This document shows, piece by piece, positions 45,364 through 55,257 of a stretch of 64,000 nucleotides of DNA. The DNA is from a virus. Location: positions 1 through 64,000 of the IMG/VR virus record IMGVR_UViG_3300036834_000211. One strand, written 5' to 3'. A program made the position numbers and the translations under genes. The notes beneath the pieces were generated by a model, which ran no database searches, was not told where the DNA came from, and worked only from the letters and a program-made list of their open reading frames with translations. Numbering within the stretch: the first letter of the stretch is position 1; every line of letters starts with the position of its first letter.

Positions 45364-47132
45364 AGAAGCTATTTTTCTGTCTCTTGATGCTCTTCGTCGC
45401 GACCTTCGTCGTGGCCTTAGTCGACGTCGCGACCATGCCGGGATCTCGCGCCATCCTGATCGCCGGCGGTGGGGGAAGCGGTGGAGGAACAAGTACCATA
45501 ACTGGATTGTCCCTGTCGAGTACGACTTACACGTCAAGTACAGCGGGGACCAATGTAGGAACTCTTACTCTCGCAGGAACGAACAATGGTACGGCAACCT
45601 ACACGCTGAGCGGTCCGGACGCGGCGAGGTTTCAACTCAGCTCGTCCTGCACAGGGGCGTCGTGCAGCCTTCAGGCCAGCGGTAGCGAGCCAGACGGATT
45701 CCACGATGGTCGTTTTCTGGTGTTCGTTACGCCGACACTCGCCGGCGCAAGAGGAAGCGGCGTCGTTTATCCTTTTACTGTCAACGAGACAGTCACTTGT
45801 AATCAAACGGTTACGACAGGCTTCGCCGCATCGAACATCACGAGCGCCATAGCCGCCGCGAGCGCCGGACAGAACATCTGCATTCAGGGCAGCGGGACTG
45901 TAGCTAGTAACGTGGCGGTCAACAAGGGCGTTCGAATCACGGGAGTCAACAGTACCTCTAACCCATCGATCACGGTATCGGGGCAGATAGTCGCGTTCAA
46001 CGTCACCGCCAATGCGGCTCAGATCGACCATTTGACGGCGTCCGGAACGATACCAGGGTCGCCAGCGACGAACGTTTGCAATAGCACGCTGTCTGGCTTC
46101 GTCAGCACAGGCACAGGCATCAGCGGCTTCACCGCCACGTACAACAAGACCAGCTCCTTCATGTGCGACTACGTGTACGGCGACACGACGACTGGATTGA
46201 GTGGTTTGGTGCACAAGTACAACTACAGCTCTGGCAGCGGGTACGTCGGGGTGGCGTGTGACATCTGCGTGGGAGGCAGCAACGTCGTCAACAACAATAC
46301 TTGGAAAGATGGCGCCCCCGCCACTGGCGAGGTCAATCTATATCCATTCGCCATAAGTGGAGACGCAATATCGGTGGGGGTGTCGTTTACGAATAACATC
46401 GTGATCAATAATACTCTCTGGGAGTGCTACGACGCACACGGTGGTACGGACATCTACTGGACCAGCAACTATGCGTTGGCGTGCAATGCTCACGGCAACA
46501 GCTCGGCCTTGGCCGTGGGTCCAATCTCAGGGCGGAATGCGACTCGCGATCGGGTCAACAGCAATTACATCGACGCGGGAACAGCCGGCAGCTGTTGCGA
46601 CGCGATCGTTGATGAGGCCGTCTCGGGAACCTCGCTGATCTGCACTGGTGGAGACGGACAAGGCTGCCAAGTCGAGAACAACACCGCTTTGGTCAGTGGC
46701 GCGTCCTGCTCCGGCTGGATCTTGACGGGAGCCGCCGGCGGCACGTTGACGGGCACGCAGACCGTGAGCGGAAATGTCTGTACTGGCGCTCCGGCGACGA
46801 TGGCCGCTCCGGTACTGACGACCGATCAGCCGTCGAACGGGTTTGTGGCCGGCCAAGCGAATGGAGTCATCGGCAAGATCACGGTGGCGATGACGCCGGC
46901 ATTTCCTGCGTGGGTAGGTAGCTGGCCATACGCCAGTGGCTGGCCAGGGACATTCTCAGTCGGCGGCACAAATTCCGGGGGTTTCGTGATTTGCGTCGAT
47001 GGCCAGCACCTTTGTCAGAGTGCCACCGGAACGCCGGCAGGAACCTATAATGATTTTACGATCACCGGCACCTTGACTGGGCTCAGCAACTCGCCGCAGA
47101 CATCCGGTACACAGACCGTGACGGGCACTTAA
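45360..47132 (+). CDS. Exported cadherin-like plus beta-helix protein
   Basis: MKKLFFCLLMLFVATFVVA; TYTLSGPDAARFQL; ITSAIAAASAGQNIC and Asn-ladder repeats. Confidence 0.7.
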   Translation: MKKLFFCLLMLFVATFVVALVDVATMPGSRAILIAGGGGSGGGTSTITGLSLSSTTYTSSTAGTNVGTLTLAGTNNGTATYTLSGPDAARFQLSSSCTGASCSLQASGSEPDGFHDGRFLVFVTPTLAGARGSGVVYPFTVNETVTCNQTVTTGFAASNITSAIAAASAGQNICIQGSGTVASNVAVNKGVRITGVNSTSNPSITVSGQIVAFNVTANAAQIDHLTASGTIPGSPATNVCNSTLSGFVSTGTGISGFTATYNKTSSFMCDYVYGDTTTGLSGLVHKYNYSSGSGYVGVACDICVGGSNVVNNNTWKDGAPATGEVNLYPFAISGDAISVGVSFTNNIVINNTLWECYDAHGGTDIYWTSNYALACNAHGNSSALAVGPISGRNATRDRVNSNYIDAGTAGSCCDAIVDEAVSGTSLICTGGDGQGCQVENNTALVSGASCSGWILTGAAGGTLTGTQTVSGNVCTGAPATMAAPVLTTDQPSNGFVAGQANGVIGKITVAMTPAFPAWVGSWPYASGWPGTFSVGGTNSGGFVICVDGQHLCQSATGTPAGTYNDFTITGTLTGLSNSPQTSGTQTVTGT

Positions 47133-47953
47133 TGGCGATTACGCACGTTAATGGCGTAATTGGCGCTGATGGTTCAGCCACCGGAGCGACCAGCGGCACT
47201 GCGCCGTCTTTCACTGCCTCGGCCGGCAATCTCGTCTGTGGCGGAGTGACGTTTAGTAACGCCACCAATGTCTTGACATCGGTCAAGATTGGCTCACTTA
47301 TAGCGACGCTTGGAACAGCAATAAACAATACCAACAATGCGACATTTTTAGTACCATATCATTTTCCTGGCTCAATTCTTACGGGGGGTGCCGCAGTAAT
47401 CACCGCGGCATTCTCCGCGGCCGTCACCTACATAAGGATCATAGGCGACGAATTTGCGGGCGTTCAGGTAAGCTCGCCGCTCGATCAAGCGACTGGCCAG
47501 TATCAGCCGGCGCCATCTGGGGGTCCCTCGTCCGGCAACGTCACGCCGCTGCACAATGGAGAACTGATCTACGGCATCGTCGACGACGGCTCGCAGGGCG
47601 GCGGAACGTGGACGGCGGGCAGTGGCTTCACGCTGCTCGAACAGAATGCCAGCGGCAATGCCGTTACGATGGCGAGTGAGTGGCGGGTGCAAGCCACCGC
47701 TGCCGCGATAGCCGCAACGTTCACCGAGAGCTTCGGCAATACTACGGACAGTTTCGAAACCGCGATCATGACATTCCAGGCGGCGGCCTCTAGCGCTTCT
47801 AGTAGAGGTTGCATCAAGGGGTCAATCTTGCTATTCGGTTGCGGCATCTGGGCGGCAAAGAAGATCGAGAAGAATGAGATCGTCACTAGGCGGTCTCTCA
47901 TCTTGCCAGGTCGCCGAGGTCTGATCGACCACAACGGCGGTCCCTCCCGATGA
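47132..47953 (+). CDS. Beta-rich structural-like protein
   Basis: AGNLV, EFAGV, WTAGSGFTL; no signal peptide; hydrophobic/basic C-terminus. Confidence 0.6.
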   Translation: MAITHVNGVIGADGSATGATSGTAPSFTASAGNLVCGGVTFSNATNVLTSVKIGSLIATLGTAINNTNNATFLVPYHFPGSILTGGAAVITAAFSAAVTYIRIIGDEFAGVQVSSPLDQATGQYQPAPSGGPSSGNVTPLHNGELIYGIVDDGSQGGGTWTAGSGFTLLEQNASGNAVTMASEWRVQATAAAIAATFTESFGNTTDSFETAIMTFQAAASSASSRGCIKGSILLFGCGIWAAKKIEKNEIVTRRSLILPGRRGLIDHNGGPSR

Positions 47954-48735
47954 GTAGCGGTCCTCCCGGTATCACGATCTCGCTGACCGAGGCCCAGGGC
48001 TTCCAGGCGCTCGGTCAGTTCCTCCAGGCGGTCTGCTCACCCTCCCCGATTACGGTGGTGCGCGGGCTCGGCTCCACAGCACCGGGCAGCAACGTACGCG
48101 TGCCGGAGCCGGTCGCGGGCGACTTCGTGGTGATGTCCAGCCTGCGCATCGCGCGTCTGGAGACCAACGAGATGACGTTCAGCGACAACGTCTGCGTGGG
48201 GTCGATATCCGGTACGACGCTGACGGTGACGGTCGCGACGCGGGGAGCGCTGGCTCCGGGCAACCTGCTGATCGACTACAACTACCCCGGCGGACTCATC
48301 CTACCCAACACGACGATCGTGAGGCAGCTGACTGGAGCGATCACCGGCGGTCCGGGTACCTACCAGGTCGGCGTCAGTCAGACACTCTCGAGCGAGACCC
48401 TGTACGCTGGTACGAGGTCGGACCAGGTAGGCACCGAGTGGACCGTACAGCTCGACGTGCACGGTCCCAACAGCCTCAACAACGTCAACGTGATCGAGAC
48501 CCTGTTCCGCAGCGATTACGGCGTCGACTTCCTCGCTGCCACGGGGTTCTGGATCGCACCCCTCCACATCGACACGGCCGGCCAGATGCCGTTCGAGAAC
48601 GCCGAGGGAGAGGTTGAGTATCGGTGGGTTATGGAGGCCCACCTGGAGATCGTCCCGATCGTAACGACGCCGCAGCAGTTCGCCGACCATGTCCAGGTTG
48701 AGACCGTCGAGGCTGGAGTCATCTACGTGCCGTAG
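47950..48735 (+). CDS. Neck/tail terminator protein with inserted module
   Basis: RVPEP..DFVVM..RLETN; VQLDVHGP; TLFRS.Y; QMPF.NAE.E.E.RW; PQQFAD. Confidence 0.8.
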   Translation: MSSGPPGITISLTEAQGFQALGQFLQAVCSPSPITVVRGLGSTAPGSNVRVPEPVAGDFVVMSSLRIARLETNEMTFSDNVCVGSISGTTLTVTVATRGALAPGNLLIDYNYPGGLILPNTTIVRQLTGAITGGPGTYQVGVSQTLSSETLYAGTRSDQVGTEWTVQLDVHGPNSLNNVNVIETLFRSDYGVDFLAATGFWIAPLHIDTAGQMPFENAEGEVEYRWVMEAHLEIVPIVTTPQQFADHVQVETVEAGVIYVP

Positions 48736-48741
48736 ATAGGT

Positions 48742-48912
48742 TCACCTGGACAGGATCGGCAGTGCGCGTTTGAGAAGTCCCTGCCACTCGTCATCCTCGA
48801 TCATCAATATGATGACCCTGAGCCATGTCCAGTGGAGCATCTCGACGGGGTTAATCAGCTTGTTCTTATGGTCATCTATCAACTTTAGGGCGTCGTCCTT
48901 CGTCATCTGCAT
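48742..48912 (-). CDS. Small hypothetical protein
   Basis: AGGAG RBS; TAATG coupling to the upstream gene. Confidence 0.55.
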   Translation of the reverse strand: MQMTKDDALKLIDDHKNKLINPVEMLHWTWLRVIILMIEDDEWQGLLKRALPILSR

Positions 48913-49106
48913 TATCTCCTGCTTGCGAGGTCGCGGATCCATCGATCCAAGGCAGCCTCGTACTTCCTGCGGTAGTGGCGCGTGTTGCGCCTGGGATTGG
49001 TCTCGTGGAGAGCCGCTGCCACAGCTATGAGACACAAGCACTCGACCTCCACGTCGGTGATGTTTGGCTCGGGGATGAGCGAGGGCGTTACCCAGACGAG
49101 ATCCAT
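48912..49106 (-). CDS. Small hypothetical protein
   Basis: Fills the gap before the sheath gene. Confidence 0.45.
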   Translation of the reverse strand: MDLVWVTPSLIPEPNITDVEVECLCLIAVAAALHETNPRRNTRHYRRKYEAALDRWIRDLASRR

Positions 49107-49129
49107 GGTCTAATATACGGGAATAGCCG

Positions 49130-51172
49130 ATGCCGACAAATGTGATACCAGCAATTCCCGCTAGTCAACTCGTCGACGTCGTCCCGAGCGTACTGGCAGC
49201 TGGCGGCAACCCGCTGCAATTCTGGGGTCTACTCGTCGACTCCAACATCGGCGCCAACGGCTACCCACTGATGCCGATGGGCGAGGTCCTGCTCTTCTCC
49301 GGCTCGACGGACGTGAGCAGCTACTTCGGGGCGGTGAGTCAGGAGGCCGGTCTCGGCAACGTCTACTTTACCGGCCCCACCAACTCCACCCGGTCGCCGA
49401 GCGGCCTGCTGGCGGTGCAGTACGCGCTGAATGCCGTCCCCGGATACCTGCGAGGCGGCAACGCCTCCGGCATGACGCTCGGCCAGCTGCAGACGGTCAA
49501 CGCCCCGCTGACGGTGTCGATCGACGGCGCGGCGCCGATCACGGCGACGGTCAACCTGGCCGCCGCCACTAGCTTCTCGAACGCCGCCCAGCTGATCGGC
49601 GCGGCGCTGGGCATCAGGGGCATCCAGAAGGGCACCTTTCAGGCCTCGCTCTCCGGCAACGCGATGACGGTGTCCGCGTTCGCGACGGCGAGCGCCAACG
49701 GACCGCTCCAGGCCACCTTCACGGCGAGCCTGTCCGGCACTCAGATGGTGGTGACCTCCGTCGCCGGCGGCTACCTGCAGCTCGGCCAGGTCCTCGTCGG
49801 AACGGGCATCGCGCTCGGCACGACGGTCGCCTCGTACTCGGGCGGAGGGCAGCCCGGCGGCGTCGGTACGTACGTGCTGAGTCAAGCGGCGACGACCGAG
49901 CCGGCCGAGACGATCAGCGCCTACGCGCCGCTGCCGACGATCCTCCTCGGCGACGTGGTCGTGGGCACCGGCATCCCGGCCAACACGTACGTCGCGAGCC
50001 AGTCTGGCGGCACGATCGGCGGGGCCGGCACCTACGTACTGAATCAGAGCGTCACCACCGAGTCCGCGGAGGCGATCAGCCAGTACGCCGCCGGCTGCTC
50101 GTACAGCTCCATCCACGGGGCCTTCGACATCCACTCTGGGACGACGGGGGTAAATTCCAGCGTCTCGTTTTGCACGGGGGCGGCGGCTGCTCCTCTGTTC
50201 CTGACGCAGGGCCTGGGTGCCGTACAGTCCCCCGGAGCTGCCGCGTCGTCCCCCACGGCATTCATGAACGGCGTCATCGCACAGACCCAGAATTGGGTCA
50301 GTTTCATGACGACCTGGGAGCCGACTGACGCCGACAAGGCGACCAATACTGCGTCGAGCTTCGCGGGATGGAACAACGCTCAGGGCAACTCCTACCGCTA
50401 CTGCATGTGGGAGACTAACGCCGTTGACACGGCGATCGGTGGACCGTCGGCCGCCGCGACGCAGATCAACAACGCTGACCTGAGCGGCACCGTGATGATC
50501 TACACCAACCCAGCGATCACCACGCTGCCCGGGGAGAAGGCGGCGTTCTCCATGGGCTGGGCCGCGGCGCTCGACTTCCCCAGGCTGAACGGCCGACAGA
50601 CGGCGGCGTTCAAGTCCTACGTCGGGGGCCTGCCGGACGTCACCAACGGCACGATCGCGCAGGTCCTCGCGGGCTCGCCGCAGAGCGGAACTTTCGGATA
50701 CGGCATCAACTTCTACGGAGACTACACGACTCGCAGTCAGGGGTTCCCCGAGTACCAGCGCGGCCTGGTCTCGGGCCCGTTCGTCTGGGACGACAGCTAC
50801 ACCAACCAGATACAGCTGAACAACGCCCTGCAGAATGCGATAATGATCGGACTGTCGGCCGCCAACTCGGTCCCCTACGCCAATCCGGGCTACGCCCAGA
50901 TCGAGTCCTGGTGCCTCGATCCGATCCTCGCGGCGCTGAACTTCGGATCCATCGTGCCGGGAGTGCAGCTCAGCCAGGCGCAGACGCAGTCGGTCAACCA
51001 GTCCGCCGGCATCGACATCGCGACCACACTGTTCCAACGGGGCTGGTACTTACAGATCAGCCCGGCATCTGCCGCGACGCGCTCCATCCGAGCGAGCCCG
51101 CCGTGCACGCTGTGGTACGCGGACGGGGGGAGCGTCCAGGCGATCACGCTGGCGTCGATCACCGTTCAATAG
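49130..51172 (+). CDS. Tail sheath protein (DUF3383)
   Basis: IPASQLV.V.PSVL.AGG; TQNWVSFMT; NGR...AFK; NFYGDY; SG.F.W.DSY; WYADGGSVQ.I.LAS. Confidence 0.92.
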   Translation: MPTNVIPAIPASQLVDVVPSVLAAGGNPLQFWGLLVDSNIGANGYPLMPMGEVLLFSGSTDVSSYFGAVSQEAGLGNVYFTGPTNSTRSPSGLLAVQYALNAVPGYLRGGNASGMTLGQLQTVNAPLTVSIDGAAPITATVNLAAATSFSNAAQLIGAALGIRGIQKGTFQASLSGNAMTVSAFATASANGPLQATFTASLSGTQMVVTSVAGGYLQLGQVLVGTGIALGTTVASYSGGGQPGGVGTYVLSQAATTEPAETISAYAPLPTILLGDVVVGTGIPANTYVASQSGGTIGGAGTYVLNQSVTTESAEAISQYAAGCSYSSIHGAFDIHSGTTGVNSSVSFCTGAAAAPLFLTQGLGAVQSPGAAASSPTAFMNGVIAQTQNWVSFMTTWEPTDADKATNTASSFAGWNNAQGNSYRYCMWETNAVDTAIGGPSAAATQINNADLSGTVMIYTNPAITTLPGEKAAFSMGWAAALDFPRLNGRQTAAFKSYVGGLPDVTNGTIAQVLAGSPQSGTFGYGINFYGDYTTRSQGFPEYQRGLVSGPFVWDDSYTNQIQLNNALQNAIMIGLSAANSVPYANPGYAQIESWCLDPILAALNFGSIVPGVQLSQAQTQSVNQSAGIDIATTLFQRGWYLQISPASAATRSIRASPPCTLWYADGGSVQAITLASITVQ

Positions 51173-51386
51173 GGATGGTGAAGATCTCCCAGCTGTCAAC
51201 TGGGACGGCTTCTCCACTTAGAATCTTGAACCAAAACGCCATCCTCAGCTCGATGATTGCGGTCTGTCCAGTGCTCGGGTGTTGAAGCGTCATGCGCAGC
51301 TTGCCACCTTGCTGAAGTGCCTTGATCGATCCATTGTTCGCACTGATGACCTGCTTCTCGTCTACGTCCAGATCGGATATTTTCAC
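51159..51386 (-). CDS. Small hypothetical protein
   Basis: GTGA overlap with the upstream minus-strand gene. Confidence 0.5.
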   Translation of the reverse strand: MKISDLDVDEKQVISANNGSIKALQQGGKLRMTLQHPSTGQTAIIELRMAFWFKILSGEAVPVDSWEIFTIPIER

Positions 51387-51772
51387 GTCTGATCTCCATT
51401 GGGGAACTCCGGCTCTGTGAGGTCGACCCAGCCGCGTGGTGCGAGCGGGGTCTCGAACTCCGAGTGAGCCTCGAACCACCAGTCTGGAATGACTGTCCAT
51501 GGACCCCAGCCCTCACCGCTCTCGTCCTCGTACACTCCGCCTCCCCAGACGGCTACGAAGTAGCCCTTGTCCTTCGTGTATCCCAGGCCCTCGCAGTGGG
51601 CACCGTAGATGGTCAGGATGGTTCTTTCTGGCGGGGATCTGAGATCCTCCGTCTCTATGTCCACATAGATACCGTCGTCGGGACGGGATTCGTAGTACGG
51701 GTCGCTGTCGTGGTCGTGCCAGACTAGGATCGGCCGGTCCGTCGGGGCATCCTTCATCGGTCTCAGCTTCAT
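51383..51772 (-). CDS. DUF551-like hypothetical protein
   Basis: RPMKDAPTDRPILVW...PRGWVDL.EP; GGGAG RBS. Confidence 0.6.
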   Translation of the reverse strand: MKLRPMKDAPTDRPILVWHDHDSDPYYESRPDDGIYVDIETEDLRSPPERTILTIYGAHCEGLGYTKDKGYFVAVWGGGVYEDESGEGWGPWTVIPDWWFEAHSEFETPLAPRGWVDLTEPEFPNGDQT

Positions 51773-51807
51773 TCGGATCTCCCTATCAGGTCAGGAATAA
51801 ATATACC

Positions 51808-52266
51808 ATGGCGTTCAACACGATCACGTCGGCCTCCGCGACGTTCTACCTGACCATCGCCCAGGTCTACCCGCAGGGCGTCAACCTGATCGGATTCGGC
51901 GTGGACGACGCGTTCGTCGCCGAGACGGTAGACGCTGCGGAGACCCGGGTGGGCGTCGACGCGTACGGCGTGATGGGTTACAGACCGCGCGAGGTCCCGA
52001 TGTCGATCCGCTTCCTCGCGGCGTCTCCGTCCATAGTTGTGTTCGAGAACTGGTTAGCGGCCGAGGATCAGCTCAACGACAAGTTGCCGGCAACCGCTAT
52101 AATCACGCAGCCCGCGGTCAACCGCAAGTACGCGTGTGCCTTCGGCGCGCTGATGCGCGTCTCGACCCTGGCTGAGGCACGTCGCGTCTTGCAGGACCGG
52201 GAGTGGCGTATCACGTGGCTGCCCCAGGGGCCCGGCCGGCCGGCGGTCAGCGCGGCGCCGATGTAG
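51808..52266 (+). CDS. Tail tube protein
   Basis: TITSA.A...VYP.GV.L.GF..DDAF..AET..GVD; A.SPS..FENW; follows the sheath. Confidence 0.85.
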   Translation: MAFNTITSASATFYLTIAQVYPQGVNLIGFGVDDAFVAETVDAAETRVGVDAYGVMGYRPREVPMSIRFLAASPSIVVFENWLAAEDQLNDKLPATAIITQPAVNRKYACAFGALMRVSTLAEARRVLQDREWRITWLPQGPGRPAVSAAPM

Positions 52267-52269
52267 CGT

Positions 52270-52497
52270 CTAGCGAGCCAGGTTCCAGGCCGGGACACTT
52301 CTCGACATGCACGCGTAGTACGGCAAGGCCGCGCCGGGTTCGACTGTCCCACCATTCGCATCGTTCATCTCCATGGCCTTCGCCTTGCAGGTACTCGCGG
52401 AGGGATGATTGGAAGTCGTCTCGTCCCACGGTATGACGCCCGTGCACGGCTGGTTGATGCCGTACCAGCATAGGAAGATCGCGTAGATCGTATTCAT
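52270..52497 (-). CDS. Small Cys-rich protein
   Basis: Has its own promoter at 52527-52556; 4 Cys. Confidence 0.55.
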   Translation of the reverse strand: MNTIYAIFLCWYGINQPCTGVIPWDETTSNHPSASTCKAKAMEMNDANGGTVEPGAALPYYACMSRSVPAWNLAR

Positions 52498-52526
52498 TTT
52501 ATCAGATCCTATCACTTCTCATCCGT

Positions 52527-52556
52527 GATGTAAGCGCGCTTGCGAAAATTTGCAAG
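52527..52556 (-). promoter_or_regulatory. Sigma70-type promoter with CTTGC-N8-GCAAG palindrome
   Basis: Minus strand TTGCAA-17nt-TACATC; near-copy of 19284-19313. Confidence 0.6.
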
Positions 52557-52578
52557 ACTCCACTGAGAGAAATGTTCA

Positions 52579-52794
52579 ATGCCACGTCGAATCTGTCCTA
52601 CCTGCCACGGGCTGCGTTCCGTCCGCTACGGTGCGGGAATCTATAGGTGTCCCACGTGTCTCGGATCGGGAGGTGTTCCGCTCGGATTGGCTCCCCTAGA
52701 CATCTCGCCAGTGGAGCGTCAGAGCGGTCTCAGTCGAGCCGACACCCACGTCTCCAGGGGCCGCCCCCCGCCCATACCGGGACCTCCCAGGTAG
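52579..52794 (+). CDS. Small DnaJ-type Zn-finger protein
   Basis: CPTCHG...CPTCLGSG. Confidence 0.5.
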   Translation: MPRRICPTCHGLRSVRYGAGIYRCPTCLGSGGVPLGLAPLDISPVERQSGLSRADTHVSRGRPPPIPGPPR

Positions 52795-52806
52795 TGGAGG
52801 AGCCTA

Positions 52807-53379
52807 GTGCTCAGTTCAGATTGGACCCGCCAGTATGGCAGTCGGAAGGTCAAGATCGTGACGATCCCCGGCGTCCGGTCCGAGCAGCCCGGACAGAGGG
52901 ACAACGGCAAGAGCTTCCTGCTGGTGGAGATGGCCGCGCGTCCAGCGGAGAAGTGGGCGAACCGCGCCTTCCTCGCACTGGCCCACTCCCGGGCCGACAT
53001 CCCACCCGGCATCGCCGAGAGGTACGCGAGGGTCCGAGGGGACATGCGTCAGATCGAGGCCATCGCCGGCCTGCTGGGACACATGCACTTTCCCGAGATC
53101 GAGCCCCTCATGGACGAGTTGATGGGTTGCGTCAGCTTCGTCATCAATTCCGGACCCCCTCCCGTCACCAGATTGCTGAACGATTCCGGCAGCGTGGACG
53201 ACGACGTCGAAGAGATCTCCACTCGCCAGCACCTGCGCGCGGAGGTCATCGATCTCCACGTGGGTTTTTCCGTGCCCGCCGCGGTCATCCTCTTGATCTC
53301 GGTGGGCTCGACGATGACGGAGATTTCGGAGCCGACCTCGTCGAGTACCCGAACGTCCCGCCGACGATCGCGGCGATAA
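52807..53379 (+). CDS. Tail assembly chaperone
   Basis: RD.GK.F.LVEM.A..AEKWA.RA; PLMDELMGCV; DVEEIST..LR.EV..LHVGF; lies between tube and tape measure. Confidence 0.85.
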   Translation: MLSSDWTRQYGSRKVKIVTIPGVRSEQPGQRDNGKSFLLVEMAARPAEKWANRAFLALAHSRADIPPGIAERYARVRGDMRQIEAIAGLLGHMHFPEIEPLMDELMGCVSFVINSGPPPVTRLLNDSGSVDDDVEEISTRQHLRAEVIDLHVGFSVPAAVILLISVGSTMTEISEPTSSSTRTSRRRSRR

Positions 53380-53528
53380 TCTCGTCGTCCTCTGGCAGGG
53401 CAATGGCGACCTTGCACGAATTGGATACGGTATACGGGGTCGAGGATCTCTACGACATGCTGGAGGTCCTGGAGGTGGATGCTCACAATAAGCGCATCGC
53501 GCAGGCTGCTCTGAACAAGAGAGACTAG
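53262..53528 (+). other. Programmed -1 frameshift site and extended chaperone C-terminus
   Basis: Slippery G GGT TTT at 53262-53268. The -1 frame continues to ATLHELDTVYGVEDLYDMLEV and stops at 53528. Confidence 0.8.
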
Positions 53529-53529
53529 G

Positions 53530-55257
53530 GTGGCTACGGTTATAGATGAACTCGTGGTCCGCCTAGGCCTCGACCCGACCGACTTCGACGAGGGCGAGGC
53601 CAGGCTCATCGCATCCCTGCGCAGGATGGAGGCCGCGGCCCAGCGCGGTGGTCGCCAGGTGACCGACACGGTCGGCAGGGACACGATCGCCTTCTTCCGC
53701 GCAGTCGAGAACCCGATCTCCGGGCTGCGACGGACCTTCGAGGGCATGGTACTCCAGACCGAGCGCACCCGCGAGAGCCTGCGGAAGACCGGCGAGGAGG
53801 GCGAGGCGTCCGGCGAACGCGTGGCCCGCGGTACGTCTGCCGCGACCGCGGCGATGCGCGGCCTCGGCGTCGCCGGCCTTGCCGCCTTCGCTGCGTACGA
53901 GGCGCTGAGCAAGACGCTCGGTGCAGTCACCGACGTCGCCGGGCGAGTGTTCGCCACCGGGATAGGTGCCGGTGCTGCCGGCATGGGTATCACCCAGTTC
54001 GGTGCGATCAGCCAGGCGCTGTTCGCTGGTGGCAACGTACCCCAGGCCGAGACTCAGAACTGGCTGGCCCAGTACTCCGAAATGCAAGGGCAGGCTGCCA
54101 GGGGTATCAGCCCCGGCATTGGCTTCATAACCAACCTGAACAAGCTCCTCAACCAGGAGACCTTCACTGGCATCGACCCATTCCGAGACTCGCCCGAGCA
54201 GATAATAACCAAGCTGGCCGCCCAGCTCTCCGCCATGCCGGAGGCCCGGGCGTACAGCGCCGGCAATGCCCTCGGGCTGAGCCGGCAGATGGTCTCGGGC
54301 CTGCGCGCGGAGGGTGAGCGACTCCCGGCCGACATCGCGGAGCAGCGACGCAGGGCCCCGACCGGCGAGGATCTGAGGGCCGCGCAGCGCCTGATTCTGG
54401 CCGAGGACAAACTGGCCACGGCGTGGGAGAAGCTCGAGCGCGACCTACTACTCAGCGGTATTGCCGAGGGCCTGACCAGGTTGGCGTCGTGGCTCGATAC
54501 GCTGATAGCCCCCGGATCCAACGACCCCCGCGGGTTCCTGGGGCGCTTCTTCGGCGGATCTCGCCCGGAGTACGGAGAGGGGGCAGTGGTCAGCGGAGGC
54601 TCCGGGGGACAACTGTCGCAGGTCGTCGCCGGCGGCCAGGCCGACCAGTTGGTCGACTACATCATCAAGCACGAGGGTCACTCCCCCACCGGCGTCGTGA
54701 ACAACCCGGGCAACATCAAGTTCACCGGCGCCGAGGGGCAGACCGACTCCGGCGTCCGCGCCACCGACGGCGGCACCTTCGCGTCCTACCCGACGCCGGA
54801 GGCTGGCCGCGCCGCCATCGCCGCTCAGATCAATAGGGCCGCGAGCGGACTGTCCACTGCGTACGGTCCCAATCCTACCGTCAGCAGTTTCTTGAGCAAG
54901 TACAGCGGCGGGGGATACAGCGGCTCGGATCTGGCCATCGCACCACCGCCACCGACGACTCCTCCTCCCGCTGGCAAGCCCAGTACGGTGCACGTACCCG
55001 ACCCGCTGGACTGGATACTGGGGCCGGTCGACCCGGTGGCGAAGGCTCCCATTCCCGCCAAGCAGGCTGCCCTTCGCTCCATCCAGATGGCAAACGCGAC
55101 GAATAACACGTCGACGACGCACAACTACGGTGACCAGCACGTCGACATCACCGTCAACGCCCCGACGAGAGAGGCCACCGCAATTGCCAACTCGGTCAGC
55201 GACCAGGTGAGGCAGCTTCCGCCCATGGCCGGACCGGCCAACACGGGTCTGGCGTGA
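53530..55257 (+). CDS. Tape measure protein with C-terminal lysozyme-like domain
   Basis: MATVIDELVVRLGLD; Ala/Gly-rich helical; NNPGNIK...FASYPTPEAG. Confidence 0.85.
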   Translation: MATVIDELVVRLGLDPTDFDEGEARLIASLRRMEAAAQRGGRQVTDTVGRDTIAFFRAVENPISGLRRTFEGMVLQTERTRESLRKTGEEGEASGERVARGTSAATAAMRGLGVAGLAAFAAYEALSKTLGAVTDVAGRVFATGIGAGAAGMGITQFGAISQALFAGGNVPQAETQNWLAQYSEMQGQAARGISPGIGFITNLNKLLNQETFTGIDPFRDSPEQIITKLAAQLSAMPEARAYSAGNALGLSRQMVSGLRAEGERLPADIAEQRRRAPTGEDLRAAQRLILAEDKLATAWEKLERDLLLSGIAEGLTRLASWLDTLIAPGSNDPRGFLGRFFGGSRPEYGEGAVVSGGSGGQLSQVVAGGQADQLVDYIIKHEGHSPTGVVNNPGNIKFTGAEGQTDSGVRATDGGTFASYPTPEAGRAAIAAQINRAASGLSTAYGPNPTVSSFLSKYSGGGYSGSDLAIAPPPPTTPPPAGKPSTVHVPDPLDWILGPVDPVAKAPIPAKQAALRSIQMANATNNTSTTHNYGDQHVDITVNAPTREATAIANSVSDQVRQLPPMAGPANTGLA

